Source of the DNA: Nitrosopumilus sp.
Lineage (GTDB): Archaea > Thermoproteota > Nitrososphaeria > Nitrososphaerales > Nitrosopumilaceae
DNA: 64,000 nucleotides
Assembly (NCBI GenBank): GCA_965238275.1
Contig: OZ250186.1
Location: 1,344,001-1,408,000, forward strand
Direction: 5' to 3'
The notes below the pieces were generated by a model. It saw only the letters and a program-made list of their open reading frames with translations, was not told the origin of the DNA and did no database searches. Below are positions 51,063 through 60,762 of the stretch, in pieces. Position 1 is the first letter of the stretch. Every line of letters starts with the position of its first letter. A program made the translations under genes and the position numbers.

Positions 51063-53387
51063 ATGAGAAAGGTCGCGATACTGGTGATGGCAGTCACGAT
51101 ATCCGTGTTGTCCACTGCCGGATTCGCAGCCTACGCCGAACAGGTTCCAACGCCCCTCCAGCAGGCGCGCGACGGGGTACCGTTAAACGAGATTACCTGC
51201 GGCGACGGGCGCGTACTCATGGCATCGCCGTCCGGATCGCCTGCGTGCGTCTTTGCAGGATCAACGGCGGCACTGGAACAGCGCGGGTTCGTGCTGCTGC
51301 TGGCTGAGGCTCCTCGTGACACTGCCCCTTCCACACAACCAGACATGTCAGGGAAACCCGAGGTTAATATTTCTGACACAGAAAATCCCGGCGACAGGCA
51401 GTTTGTCACCACGTGGAGGACCGTCTCGCCAAACGAGTCCATAACCATCCCGGTGGGTGGCACAACCGGCGCCTACACGGTAGACTGGGGCGACGGCAGC
51501 AGCGTGTCTTCCAACGTCACGGGCGACCAGAGCCACGCATACAAAAATGCCGGAGAATACACAGTCCGGATATCAGGCGACTTTACGAGGATACTGCTTG
51601 GCGAAGACTATGACAACGCCGGCAAACTCGTATCGATCGACCAGTGGGGCGACATCCGATGGGAGTCGATGGCATCAGCGTTCGGGGGAACAACGTTCAC
51701 GTATCGCGCGACAGACGCCCCGGATCTATCCGGGGTGACTGACATGAGTGCCATGTTCCGATGGTCGTCCTTTGACGGCGACGTCTCAGGATGGGACGTC
51801 TCGAGCGTGGAGAACATGGGTGCGATGTTCTCCGGCACCCCTTTCAACGGCAACGTCTCAGGATGGGACGTCTCGAGCGTGGAGAACATGGGTGCGATGT
51901 TCTCCGGCACCCCTTTCAACGGCAACGTCTCAGGATGGGACGTCTCGAGCGTGGAGAACATGGACGAGATGTTCTCCGACGCCCCGTTCTTTGACGGTGA
52001 CCTCTCAGGATGGGACGTCTCAAACGTGGAAATCATGGAAGAGATGTTCTTTGGCGCCTCCTCATTCAACGGCGACGTCTCAGGATGGGACGTCTCAAAC
52101 GTGGGAGACATGCACGGGATGTTCAGCGAATCCTCCTTCAACGGCGACCTCTCGTCGTGGAACGTCTCGAACGTGGGAGACATGCACGGGATGTTCAGCG
52201 AATCCTCCTTCAACGGCGACCTCTCGTCGTGGGACCTCTCGAACGTGGAGAACATGGGTGCGATATTCTCCGGCACCCCCTTCAACGGCGACATCTCCGG
52301 ATGGGACGTCTCTAGCGTGAAAAGCATGGGCGCGATGTTCCTTGGCGCCTCCTCCTTTGATGGCGACATCTCCGGATGGGACGTCTCTAGTGTGGGATTC
52401 ATGGATCTGATGTTCGAAGGCGCCTCCTCATTCAACGGCAACCTCTCCGGGTGGGACACGTCTAACGTGAGATTCATGGACGAGATGTTCGAAGGCGCCT
52501 CCTCATTCAACGGCAACCTCTCCGGGTGGGACGTCTCTAGCGTGAAAAGCATGCTCGGAATGTTCGAAGGCGCCTCCTCATTCAACGGCGACATCTCCGG
52601 GTGGGACGTCTCTAGCGTGAAAAGCATGGAACGCATGTTCCGCGACGCCTCCTCATTCAACGGCGACATCTCCGGATGGGACGTCTCTAGCGTGACAGAT
52701 ATGAAAGCCATGTTCGAAGAGTCCTCCTTTAACGGCGACATCTCCGGATGGGACGTCTCAGAAGTGACAGACATGAGCTACATGTTTGTTTTATCTGATT
52801 TTAGCGGCGACATCTCGGGGTGGGACGTCTCAGAAGTAACAGACATGTATACCATGTTTGCCACCTCTGATTTTAACGGCGACATCTCCGGGTGGGACGT
52901 CTCGGGCGTGTTACACATGGAAGAGATGTTCGCACTATCCAACTTCAGCGGCGACGTCTCCGGGTGGGACGTCTCGGGCGTGATCAACATGAGGAACATG
53001 TTCCAAGACTCTGACTTCAACGGAAACATCTCCTCATGGGACGTCTCGAACGTGGTAGGCATGAGCGGCATGTTCTCCGGCACGTCGTTATTCGTTCAGA
53101 ACTTGGGCAACTGGCACATCGTGCTTGACCGCACCGCAATCGATGACGCCACTGCCGGAATTGTCGGGAGGATATCTGCACAAAACAGTTACCTAGATAG
53201 TCAAGTCTCAGAATACGGCATCGGTTCAGGCGGCAATTCTGACTACTTTGAGATCGTCGACGGTGATGTGCTCAGGATGAAGGATATTGCAGACGTCTCG
53301 GAAAACCCCCCGTACACGGTCAACATCACGTCTGCCGGAGGGTATGGCACGGACAACTTCCGAGTGTTTGACATAACCATGAGTTAA
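51063..53387 (+). CDS. DUF285/BspA-type repeat surface protein with PKD-like and cadherin-like domains
   Basis: VDWGDG; about 18 repeats of W(D/N)VS.V..M..MF....F(N/D)GD.S. Confidence 0.93.
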   Translation: MRKVAILVMAVTISVLSTAGFAAYAEQVPTPLQQARDGVPLNEITCGDGRVLMASPSGSPACVFAGSTAALEQRGFVLLLAEAPRDTAPSTQPDMSGKPEVNISDTENPGDRQFVTTWRTVSPNESITIPVGGTTGAYTVDWGDGSSVSSNVTGDQSHAYKNAGEYTVRISGDFTRILLGEDYDNAGKLVSIDQWGDIRWESMASAFGGTTFTYRATDAPDLSGVTDMSAMFRWSSFDGDVSGWDVSSVENMGAMFSGTPFNGNVSGWDVSSVENMGAMFSGTPFNGNVSGWDVSSVENMDEMFSDAPFFDGDLSGWDVSNVEIMEEMFFGASSFNGDVSGWDVSNVGDMHGMFSESSFNGDLSSWNVSNVGDMHGMFSESSFNGDLSSWDLSNVENMGAIFSGTPFNGDISGWDVSSVKSMGAMFLGASSFDGDISGWDVSSVGFMDLMFEGASSFNGNLSGWDTSNVRFMDEMFEGASSFNGNLSGWDVSSVKSMLGMFEGASSFNGDISGWDVSSVKSMERMFRDASSFNGDISGWDVSSVTDMKAMFEESSFNGDISGWDVSEVTDMSYMFVLSDFSGDISGWDVSEVTDMYTMFATSDFNGDISGWDVSGVLHMEEMFALSNFSGDVSGWDVSGVINMRNMFQDSDFNGNISSWDVSNVVGMSGMFSGTSLFVQNLGNWHIVLDRTAIDDATAGIVGRISAQNSYLDSQVSEYGIGSGGNSDYFEIVDGDVLRMKDIADVSENPPYTVNITSAGGYGTDNFRVFDITMS
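51770..53080 (+). repeat. 72/75-bp coding tandem repeats (DUF285)
   Basis: Recurrent TCCGGATGGGACGTCTC-type core, including exact adjacent duplications. Confidence 0.92.
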
Positions 53388-53617
53388 CTGCCTGAATTGA
53401 AAACTTCAGACGGTACATTCGGCGGCATCATTTTTCCCCAATACGGATCAGATTCGATCTTGGACAGGTTCAGCCAAAATTCAAGAATAAAGAAAAACTG
53501 TATCTTGCAGATGCTGCATGCAGAACACGCGGCGGGGATTGTTCGCAAGATGGAGCCGGATCTCCACGCGGAATGGTTTGATGCGTGGCCGGCGGATCCG
53601 ATAAAGCAGGCGACAGG

Positions 53618-53770
53618 ACAAGCAGCACGCGTTCTGTCTGAAACTTAAGTACCGTCAAACCCAAGCAACACCGTGAGACCGGTTGCGATGTTGGTGATGG
53701 CAGTCGTGATATCCGTACTGTCCGCTGCCGACTTCGAAGCCTACGCCGAACAGGCTCCAACGCCCATCCA
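53618..53770 (+). repeat. Degenerate direct copy of the promoter + signal-peptide region of the DUF285 gene (51008-51160)
   Basis: Shared TGTCTGAAACTTAAGTACCGTC and GCCTACGCCGAACAGG.TCCAACGCCC; the ORF stops right after the leader. Confidence 0.85.
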
Positions 53771-53881
53771 CTTTGAATCCATGTCCCCTTATCCATAACC
53801 GCCCTGCACCTGAATGGCAGGTCCTGCACGGGCACCTGTCTTGGATTATATGTTTTTAATAACCACACACAAAGGATTGTC

Positions 53882-55474
53882 ATGTATGTTCTCCTCCTCC
53901 TGCTGCTGCCGCTGCTGGCCGCCTTTGCAGTCGGTGTAGGGGGTATGGCATATGCCGAACCTGTCCTCAACGATCCCGGGCTAGAATTTGATGTCTTTGT
54001 GTCTGATCTCTGCTGCGGGGTGACTAGCATGGAGTTTGTCAGTGACAGCGAATTGCTGGTCCTGCAAAAGGGCGGCAAGGTCAGGCTGATACGAGACGGG
54101 GTGCTGCAAAAGGAGCCGGTCCTGTTTGTGGAGACGCAGCCAATCCGGGAGTCCGGCCTGCTTGGGATCACGTCAGTCGGCTCCACGGTATACATCTACT
54201 ATACTGCAACAGTGCCCAGCGAAGTCGAGAGGGTGAACAGGATATACAGCTATGTGTGGGACGGGGAACGCCTGAAAGACCCGGTCCTGATAAAGGAGCT
54301 TCCCGCAAACCTGTATCACAACAGCGGGGTGATGCTCACCGGCCCCGACGATCAGGTGTATGCAGTCATAGGAGACACCGGAAGGTACGGACCGCTGCAA
54401 AACAAGCCTCTGGAGTATCTCTTCCCTCCCGGAATCACCGACTATCTGGACACAAGCGTGATACTGCGGGTGGAGCCGGAAGGGCCGTATTACGCAGTTG
54501 GCATAAGGAACAGCTTTGGCCTTGCCATAGACCCGGTCACGGGCATGATGTGGGCCACGGAGAATGGCGATGATGACTTTGACGAGGTAAACATGGTGCC
54601 TGATGGATTCAACAGTGGATGGAATGCGATAATGGGCCCTGCAACCGACGAGGAGTTGGCAGGATTCATAGGGTACGAGGATTACACGTATCAGGATCCA
54701 AAGTTCAGCTGGGTAAGGACGGTGGCGCCTGCGGCCATCGAGTTTGCAGATTTTGCAGATACTGATGCGTACGACGATTCAATCTTTGTGGGGGACTGCA
54801 ACAACAGCCACCTCTACAGGTTCCAGCTGAACCCGGAACGCGACGGGCTTGTCTTCTCCAGCCCGGATCTGCAGGATGCGGTGGCAGGCCTAGAAGACTC
54901 CCAGGATGAGATAATCACAGGTACGGGGTTTGGATGCATTACAGACATGGAGATGGGGCCTGACGGCCTCTTGTACCTGATAAGCCATGTGGAGAACACA
55001 ATATACCGGATAGGCCCCAAGGGCTCTGCAGCCTTTGCAGAATCCGCAGTACCTGCAGAATCCGCAGTACCCAAGGGCGGAGGCGGGTGCCTTGTGGCTA
55101 CGGCGGTGTACGGCACCGAGCTTGCGCCGCAGATTCAGATGCTGCGCGAGATAAGGGACGGGCACCTGTTGAACACAGAATCGGGAGCCGCGTTCATGGC
55201 AGCCTTCAACTCGGCCTATTACTCGTTCTCGCCGGCAGTGGCAGACATGGTACGGGAGTATCCAGCGGTGCGCGAGGCCGTAAGGGCGCTCATCCTGCCA
55301 ATGATCCTAACGCTCCCAATAATGGGTGCGGCCGACGGAGGCACGGACGCAGAAATACTTGCCCTGGGGGCCTCGGTGATACTTTTGAATGTCGGCATCT
55401 ATGTGGCAGCACCGGTAGCGGCGGCAATGCAGATACGCAGGCAGGTAGCCGGCAGGATGCGCCACGCCTCCTGA
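53882..55474 (+). CDS. PQQ-dependent sugar dehydrogenase-like (GSDH) protein with a CFI-box-type C-terminal domain
   Basis: ESGLLGI, HNSG, GIRNSFG, ENG..DEVN; C-terminal GGGCLVATAVYGTELAP...LREIRD. Confidence 0.88.
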   Translation: MYVLLLLLLPLLAAFAVGVGGMAYAEPVLNDPGLEFDVFVSDLCCGVTSMEFVSDSELLVLQKGGKVRLIRDGVLQKEPVLFVETQPIRESGLLGITSVGSTVYIYYTATVPSEVERVNRIYSYVWDGERLKDPVLIKELPANLYHNSGVMLTGPDDQVYAVIGDTGRYGPLQNKPLEYLFPPGITDYLDTSVILRVEPEGPYYAVGIRNSFGLAIDPVTGMMWATENGDDDFDEVNMVPDGFNSGWNAIMGPATDEELAGFIGYEDYTYQDPKFSWVRTVAPAAIEFADFADTDAYDDSIFVGDCNNSHLYRFQLNPERDGLVFSSPDLQDAVAGLEDSQDEIITGTGFGCITDMEMGPDGLLYLISHVENTIYRIGPKGSAAFAESAVPAESAVPKGGGGCLVATAVYGTELAPQIQMLREIRDGHLLNTESGAAFMAAFNSAYYSFSPAVADMVREYPAVREAVRALILPMILTLPIMGAADGGTDAEILALGASVILLNVGIYVAAPVAAAMQIRRQVAGRMRHAS

Positions 55475-55567
55475 GGCTGTGCGTGCGTAGCGGCCAAAAT
55501 ATTTTGCTTCATGGAACCCGCACCGTCCGAATTTGATGTCTTGCTGCAAGGGGACTAACGTCCGGCA

Positions 55568-55960
55568 TTATTCCCGCAGGCGATCCCTTCTCTCTATGAC
55601 TGCGCCGTCAACGATGATGCTGCGCGTCCTGACTGCCATCCCCCTGATGCTGCTGCATTCTGCAGAGCATGCGCCCTGATCAAAGACATTCTCCGGAAAC
55701 CTTCCATGCTTTGCCGAAAACACATACCTGATTAACTGCCACAGCCCCCTGCTTCCCCCGTATGCCTTGGTATCGGTCACGAACCACGACATCTCCAGGC
55801 CGTCGTACCCCTTGGGAAATATTCCCTGCTTGAATTCCGTTCCCTGCTTGGTATGGTGCCCGATCATCGTGATCCTGCCGTCGAGAATACTGTTGACCAG
55901 CCTGGCATAATCCATACACGGGGAGCACAGGTTGTCATAAATCAGTACCGGGTAATTCAT
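55568..55960 (-). CDS. DCC1/DUF393-like thiol-disulfide protein
   Basis: N-terminal LIYDNLCSPC motif. Confidence 0.7.
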   Translation of the reverse strand: MNYPVLIYDNLCSPCMDYARLVNSILDGRITMIGHHTKQGTEFKQGIFPKGYDGLEMSWFVTDTKAYGGSRGLWQLIRYVFSAKHGRFPENVFDQGACSAECSSIRGMAVRTRSIIVDGAVIERRDRLRE

Positions 55961-56097
55961 GATACCGTTACGTGCAGATATGATTTAAAGTGATGCAGCC
56001 GGTGGCAGCAGCATCCCAACTGCGTACCCTGGACTGCCTTTGCAGGCATGCATGGGACAGGCGAACTTTAAAAGCAGAGGCATTCCATGGAACTCTG

Positions 56098-56229
56098 ATG
56101 AAGGCGCGGTTCAACGGAAAATGTGTAGAATGCGGGGGTGCGATAAAGACCGGCAGGGAGATAGCAAAGAACTCCAAGGAACAATGGGTTCACAAGGCAT
56201 GCTCTGACATTGAAGACGAGATTCCATGA
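56098..56229 (+). CDS. Small Zn-finger protein (43 aa)
   Basis: MKARFNGKCVECG..I..G..I......WVH..C. Confidence 0.75.
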   Translation: MKARFNGKCVECGGAIKTGREIAKNSKEQWVHKACSDIEDEIP

Positions 56230-56284
56230 CGATGATGACGATGATTTGCAGAAATTTATTTAAGCCTCAACGGCACACCCCATA

Positions 56285-56716
56285 ATGGCAATGATAACAT
56301 CCGGTCTTCTCATGAGTGTCTCTGCAATGGCCGTACTCGGCATGATTGGCATCCCGGCAATAGTATCTGCAGAACCAAATGTCGGGACTGTCACAGTCGT
56401 CCCGCTAAACGAGGAGATCAGCATGGAAAAGACTGTCATACCGATGAACATCCCCCTGGCCAACACGCATCCCTGGGGGGCAGTCAGCGGGGAGCTGTCC
56501 GAGCACGTTGACGGGTATCCGGTAGTCATCCAGTTCTATCAGGGCGACGATCTTGTCCACACCGCACAAGTTGATGTGGCAGATGACGGATCCTATGACT
56601 ACCAGTTCCGAGTCAGGAACCTTGATGCGCTGACCGGGGAGTTTGTAGACATCTTTTCTGGCGACTATGCCGTCCACATATTCAAGGTGGTTCCAAACAA
56701 CAGTCTCCTGGTCTAG
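56285..56716 (+). CDS. Secreted hypothetical protein
   Basis: Signal peptide followed by a beta-rich domain. Confidence 0.75.
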   Translation: MAMITSGLLMSVSAMAVLGMIGIPAIVSAEPNVGTVTVVPLNEEISMEKTVIPMNIPLANTHPWGAVSGELSEHVDGYPVVIQFYQGDDLVHTAQVDVADDGSYDYQFRVRNLDALTGEFVDIFSGDYAVHIFKVVPNNSLLV

Positions 56717-56824
56717 CCAGAATAATACCCTGACTTGCTGACGATGTTTTGGTTCCTGCAAGCCATCCTCCCCGCAAAACCATTTCTGATAATTCATGTG
56801 TCAAACGGCACCGCCTGTAGCCAG

Positions 56825-57364
56825 ATGAGCAAGAACTTCTGGCACGACATCGAACCGGGAATCGACATCCCGGAGATCATCAACGTGATCGTGGAGATCC
56901 CAAAGGGCTCGATGAACAAGTACGAGTACGACAAGAAACACAACCTGATAAAACTTGACAGGGTCCTGTTCTCGCCGTTTCATTACCCCGGGGACTACGG
57001 ACTTGTCCCCCAGACGCTTTCCGAGGACGGAGACCCGCTTGACGCACTCGTCCTTGTCACAAATCCCACATATCCTGGAATTCTCATAGAGGCAAGGCCC
57101 ATCGGGCTGCTGCAGATGAGGGATGACGGAAGTATTGATGACAAGATAATCTGCGTCTCTACCAACGACCCGCGGTACCTTCACGCCGCAGACATCACAG
57201 ACATCGAGGATCACTACCGCTCCGAGATTGCGCACTTTTTCCAGGTCTACAAGGATCTGGAGGGAAAGAAGGTCGAGATAATGGGATGGAAGCCGTCTGA
57301 TGCTGCAAAGTCCGTAGTCATCAGCTCCATAAAGCGGTACAAGGACACCCTCCAAAAATACTGA
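56825..57364 (+). CDS. ppa: Inorganic pyrophosphatase
   Basis: EIPKGS.NKYE, DGDPLD, DDKII and FF..YK.LEGK motifs. Confidence 0.96.
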   Translation: MSKNFWHDIEPGIDIPEIINVIVEIPKGSMNKYEYDKKHNLIKLDRVLFSPFHYPGDYGLVPQTLSEDGDPLDALVLVTNPTYPGILIEARPIGLLQMRDDGSIDDKIICVSTNDPRYLHAADITDIEDHYRSEIAHFFQVYKDLEGKKVEIMGWKPSDAAKSVVISSIKRYKDTLQKY

Positions 57365-57431
57365 GGCGCTGCAGGCATCCTGCACGCGCCGGTACCATTG
57401 ATTTTTTAATGGTCGCAAAAGAGCAAGACCG

Positions 57432-59201
57432 ATGGTCCAATACGCCCTGGGGGAATGGAGCCTGTCGGAACTGGCAGATGATCCAAAGGGCGAGGCCTTT
57501 CAAAGGCAGGTACGCAGGCTTGAAAGAAAGGCAAAAAAGTTTGAAAAGACAAAGTCAGAGCTGGTCCCCCAAATCCCCACTGAGAGATTCATGGGGATGA
57601 TAGGGGACATGGAGAAGATCTCAGAGGAGATGCACAAGGTCGTGGGATACGCATCCCTGTCATACGCAGCAGACACCCAGTCAGACGATGCGACATCGCT
57701 GATGACGAGGATGCTCAAGCTGAGTTCTGATGTGTCCAACCGTATCCTGTTCTTTGATTTGTGGTGGAAGAAGGACGTTGGCGAGGCAGACGCCAAGAGG
57801 CTGGCAGGCGGGGCAGGCGAGCTTGCCGAGTACCTGCTGCACAAGAGGCTGCTTGCAAGGTATTCCCTCAGCGAGCCCGAGGAGCGGATAATCAACACGC
57901 TGGATGTCACGGGGGCATCAGCCCTGACAAAGCTGTACGACAAGATAACCGGCGCGTACAGGTACAAGATGAGAGTCGGGCGCAGGACCAGGACGATGAC
58001 GCGCGAGGAGATTACCGGCTATGTCAAGAATGCAAATCCTAATCTCCGCCAGAATGCCTACCGGACCGTCCTCTCAAGGTATGCCCAGGACAGGGGGGTG
58101 GCAGGCGAGATATACCAGAACATTGTTCTTAACTGGAGGGACGAGGGAATCGAGATTAGGGGGCACAAGACGCCCATCTCGATTAGAAACATTGGAAACA
58201 ACATAGACGACAAGACAGTGAATTCGCTCCTTTTGGCATGCAGGAAGAACGCGCCCATCTTCCAGAGGTTCTTTGTTCAAAAGGCAAGAATGCTTGACAT
58301 GGACGCACTCAGGCGGTACGACCTGTATGCGCCTGTTACTGCGCGCACCGAAAAGAGATACTCGTACGACCAGTCAGTCAGGATGGTGTTTGATTCGCTG
58401 GAACGGTTCAGCGGCACCCTTGCAGGATACGCAAGGCGCGTCTTTGAGGAGAACCATATCGACTCTGCGATACGGCCCGGAAAGAGGGACGGGGCGTTTT
58501 GCAGCACGCTGACGCCCGGCATTACCCCGTACGTGATGGTAAACTTTACCGGAAAGTCAAGGGACGTCTTTACCCTGGCACACGAGCTTGGCCATGCAGC
58601 GCACAGCCAGGCTGCCGGGGGCAGATCAATACTGGTCCAGGATCCCCAGCTTCCCCTGGCAGAGACTGCATCCACGTTCTCTGAATTACTGCTCTATGAC
58701 AGCCTGTCTGAGAGGATTGCCGATGATGAAAAGAGGGCGATGCTCTCTGAGAAGATCGACGATCTGTACGCCACCATACTCCGGCAGTCGTTTTTTACAG
58801 TCTTTGAAGTCGACGCCCACAAGCAGATCGGGCAGGGGGCCACGACAGAGGAGGTTTCAAAGACGTACCTGCAGAACCTCAGGGAGCAGTTTGGAGGCTC
58901 CGTGGACGTCTCTGAGGACTTTTCAGACGAGTGGCTCTGCATACCGCACTTTTACCACTCGCCGTTCTACTGCTATGCATACTCTTTTGGAAACCTGCTT
59001 GCGCTGTCGCTGTTTCAGAGGTACAAAAAGGAGGGCAGGGACTTTGTCCCGGCATACATCAGCATACTTGCAGCAGGCGGCTCCCGAAAGCCCGAGGGGC
59101 TGCTGGCAGAACACGGGTTTGACATCCACTCCCGGAGATTCTGGCAGGAGGGGTTTGATTACGTGGACAGGCAGGTAAGAGAACTCTCTTCACTTAATTA
59201 A
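57432..59201 (+). CDS. pepF: Oligoendopeptidase F (M3B)
   Basis: GKRDGAFC, HELGH, AETAS and PHFY..FYCY.Y motifs. Confidence 0.92.
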   Translation: MVQYALGEWSLSELADDPKGEAFQRQVRRLERKAKKFEKTKSELVPQIPTERFMGMIGDMEKISEEMHKVVGYASLSYAADTQSDDATSLMTRMLKLSSDVSNRILFFDLWWKKDVGEADAKRLAGGAGELAEYLLHKRLLARYSLSEPEERIINTLDVTGASALTKLYDKITGAYRYKMRVGRRTRTMTREEITGYVKNANPNLRQNAYRTVLSRYAQDRGVAGEIYQNIVLNWRDEGIEIRGHKTPISIRNIGNNIDDKTVNSLLLACRKNAPIFQRFFVQKARMLDMDALRRYDLYAPVTARTEKRYSYDQSVRMVFDSLERFSGTLAGYARRVFEENHIDSAIRPGKRDGAFCSTLTPGITPYVMVNFTGKSRDVFTLAHELGHAAHSQAAGGRSILVQDPQLPLAETASTFSELLLYDSLSERIADDEKRAMLSEKIDDLYATILRQSFFTVFEVDAHKQIGQGATTEEVSKTYLQNLREQFGGSVDVSEDFSDEWLCIPHFYHSPFYCYAYSFGNLLALSLFQRYKKEGRDFVPAYISILAAGGSRKPEGLLAEHGFDIHSRRFWQEGFDYVDRQVRELSSLN

Positions 59202-59309
59202 TTTGGGGCTGGCAGCCTAACGCATAGACTGCCAGCTTGTTCCCCGAACGGTTTGAATTCGATGTCACGGTATCGTGCAGTTTCGACGATTTAAACGTTT
59301 GAGATTCTG

Positions 59310-60753
59310 TAGTTTGTTGCACAACCCTGCCTAGAATCACCCCACTCCTGTGGCCTTGGGCATTCCTGCAGGCAGAATCTGCCGGGCATACGGGAGACAA
59401 GAATAGTGTATGTGCATGTGGCCACTGCAGGTTGACAAAAATCCGCCAAAACCGTCAATTTTTTTGCCCAAAAGGTACAAAGATCACCACTGCCCCCACA
59501 TGTACGTGGCAGATGTAGAGGATGCCGGCGGGAAGAAATCCAGGCTCCACATAACCCATTCCCAGAACGACGCGAGGTATATAGAACAGGGAATGTTGCT
59601 GTTCCTGGCCCCCGATCCGGATTCTGCCAAGGATCTTGCCAGGATGAACAAGAAGAAAAACGGGCGCCCTTTTGACTACTCCGAGTTGACCATAATGGCA
59701 ATCGCCGGGGTGAGGTACAAGCTCAAGCTCGCGTACCGGCCCTGCGAAGGATTGGCGATAAGTGCCCTGGGGGAGGGGGATGCCCCGGATCACACCACGC
59801 TGTGCAGGCGAATCAACAAGATGAATGTCACAAGCGCGGAGGGATGCGTGGAGGTAAGGAGCAAGGGGAGCATCATGCGGCTGATCCCTGACGGCACGGG
59901 ACTGACGCCTTCCACGCGCAGCGACTGGATGCGCCACAAGCACAAGGTAAAGCGGGGCTGGATCAGGCTGAGCGTCATGATCGAGCACGACACGCAAAAG
60001 ATCGTGGCATTCAAGGTGACTGACGAACGCACGGGAGATTCTCCGCAGTTTGAGGGCCTCCTGGAGGACTCGCTGGAGTGCCTCGGAATCGACGCCGGCA
60101 GGCTCTGCAGGAACGCCCGGCAGGGGGGAGGGTCGGCTGACAAAAAGGACCCGGCACAGTCCCCGTCATCTGACAGGAAGGGCCAAGGGGATCGACAACC
60201 CCAGAGGGAGTCAGACGTGATCGAACAGGCAATCAATGCCGCAAGCACGGCTGGGAATCTGGAAGAATCCGTCATAGCCGTCTTGGGTGACGGAGGATAT
60301 GACACCCGGAAGATCCACTCGCTGTGCAAGAATCTCGGGATCTACTCGCTGATCAAGGTACGCCAGAATTCCAATTCCAGATCAAATGGCAAGGGCCGGG
60401 CGCGCGCCTTGGCTGCGCAGGATCAGCTGTGCGGCAGCAAGCACGGGCCCAAGGAACTTTCCGCACTGGACGCCGACGAGCGCTCCAAGAACCAAAAGGA
60501 ATGGAAACGGAAGGTAGGCTATGGCCGCCGGTGGCTTGTAGAGATAGTATTCTCCGCGTTCAAGAGGCGGTTTGGCGACTTTGTGATGGCCAGAACCATG
60601 AAGAACATAATCAACGAGATCGGAATCAAGGTCAGGATATACAATGAACTGCTGGACGTGGCACGGGAGGCAATCATGAGGGCGTAGGAAGGGTGGCAGT
60701 ACTGGCAGTACTTCCCCACGTCCATGGGTTCGACGAGGTTGTGCAACAAACTA
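59310..60753 (+). mobile_element. IS5-family (IS903-like) element, 8-bp TSD AGATTCTG
   Basis: Perfect 17-bp TIR TAGTTTGTTGCACAACC; AGATTCTG at 59302-59309 and 60754-60761. Confidence 0.92.
59410..60687 (+). CDS. IS5-family transposase
   Basis: PDHTTLCRR, DGTG, GDGGYD and YGRRWLVE..FS..K motifs; start uncertain; low-complexity insert inside the DDE domain. Confidence 0.9.
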   Translation: MCMWPLQVDKNPPKPSIFLPKRYKDHHCPHMYVADVEDAGGKKSRLHITHSQNDARYIEQGMLLFLAPDPDSAKDLARMNKKKNGRPFDYSELTIMAIAGVRYKLKLAYRPCEGLAISALGEGDAPDHTTLCRRINKMNVTSAEGCVEVRSKGSIMRLIPDGTGLTPSTRSDWMRHKHKVKRGWIRLSVMIEHDTQKIVAFKVTDERTGDSPQFEGLLEDSLECLGIDAGRLCRNARQGGGSADKKDPAQSPSSDRKGQGDRQPQRESDVIEQAINAASTAGNLEESVIAVLGDGGYDTRKIHSLCKNLGIYSLIKVRQNSNSRSNGKGRARALAAQDQLCGSKHGPKELSALDADERSKNQKEWKRKVGYGRRWLVEIVFSAFKRRFGDFVMARTMKNIINEIGIKVRIYNELLDVAREAIMRA

Positions 60754-60762
60754 AGATTCTGC

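Noticed and set aside
51608-53083. Long repetitive antisense ORFs and a possible CRISPR array
   Set aside because: Units are 72/75 bp, in frame and encode DUF285 repeats; there are no unique spacers and no cas genes
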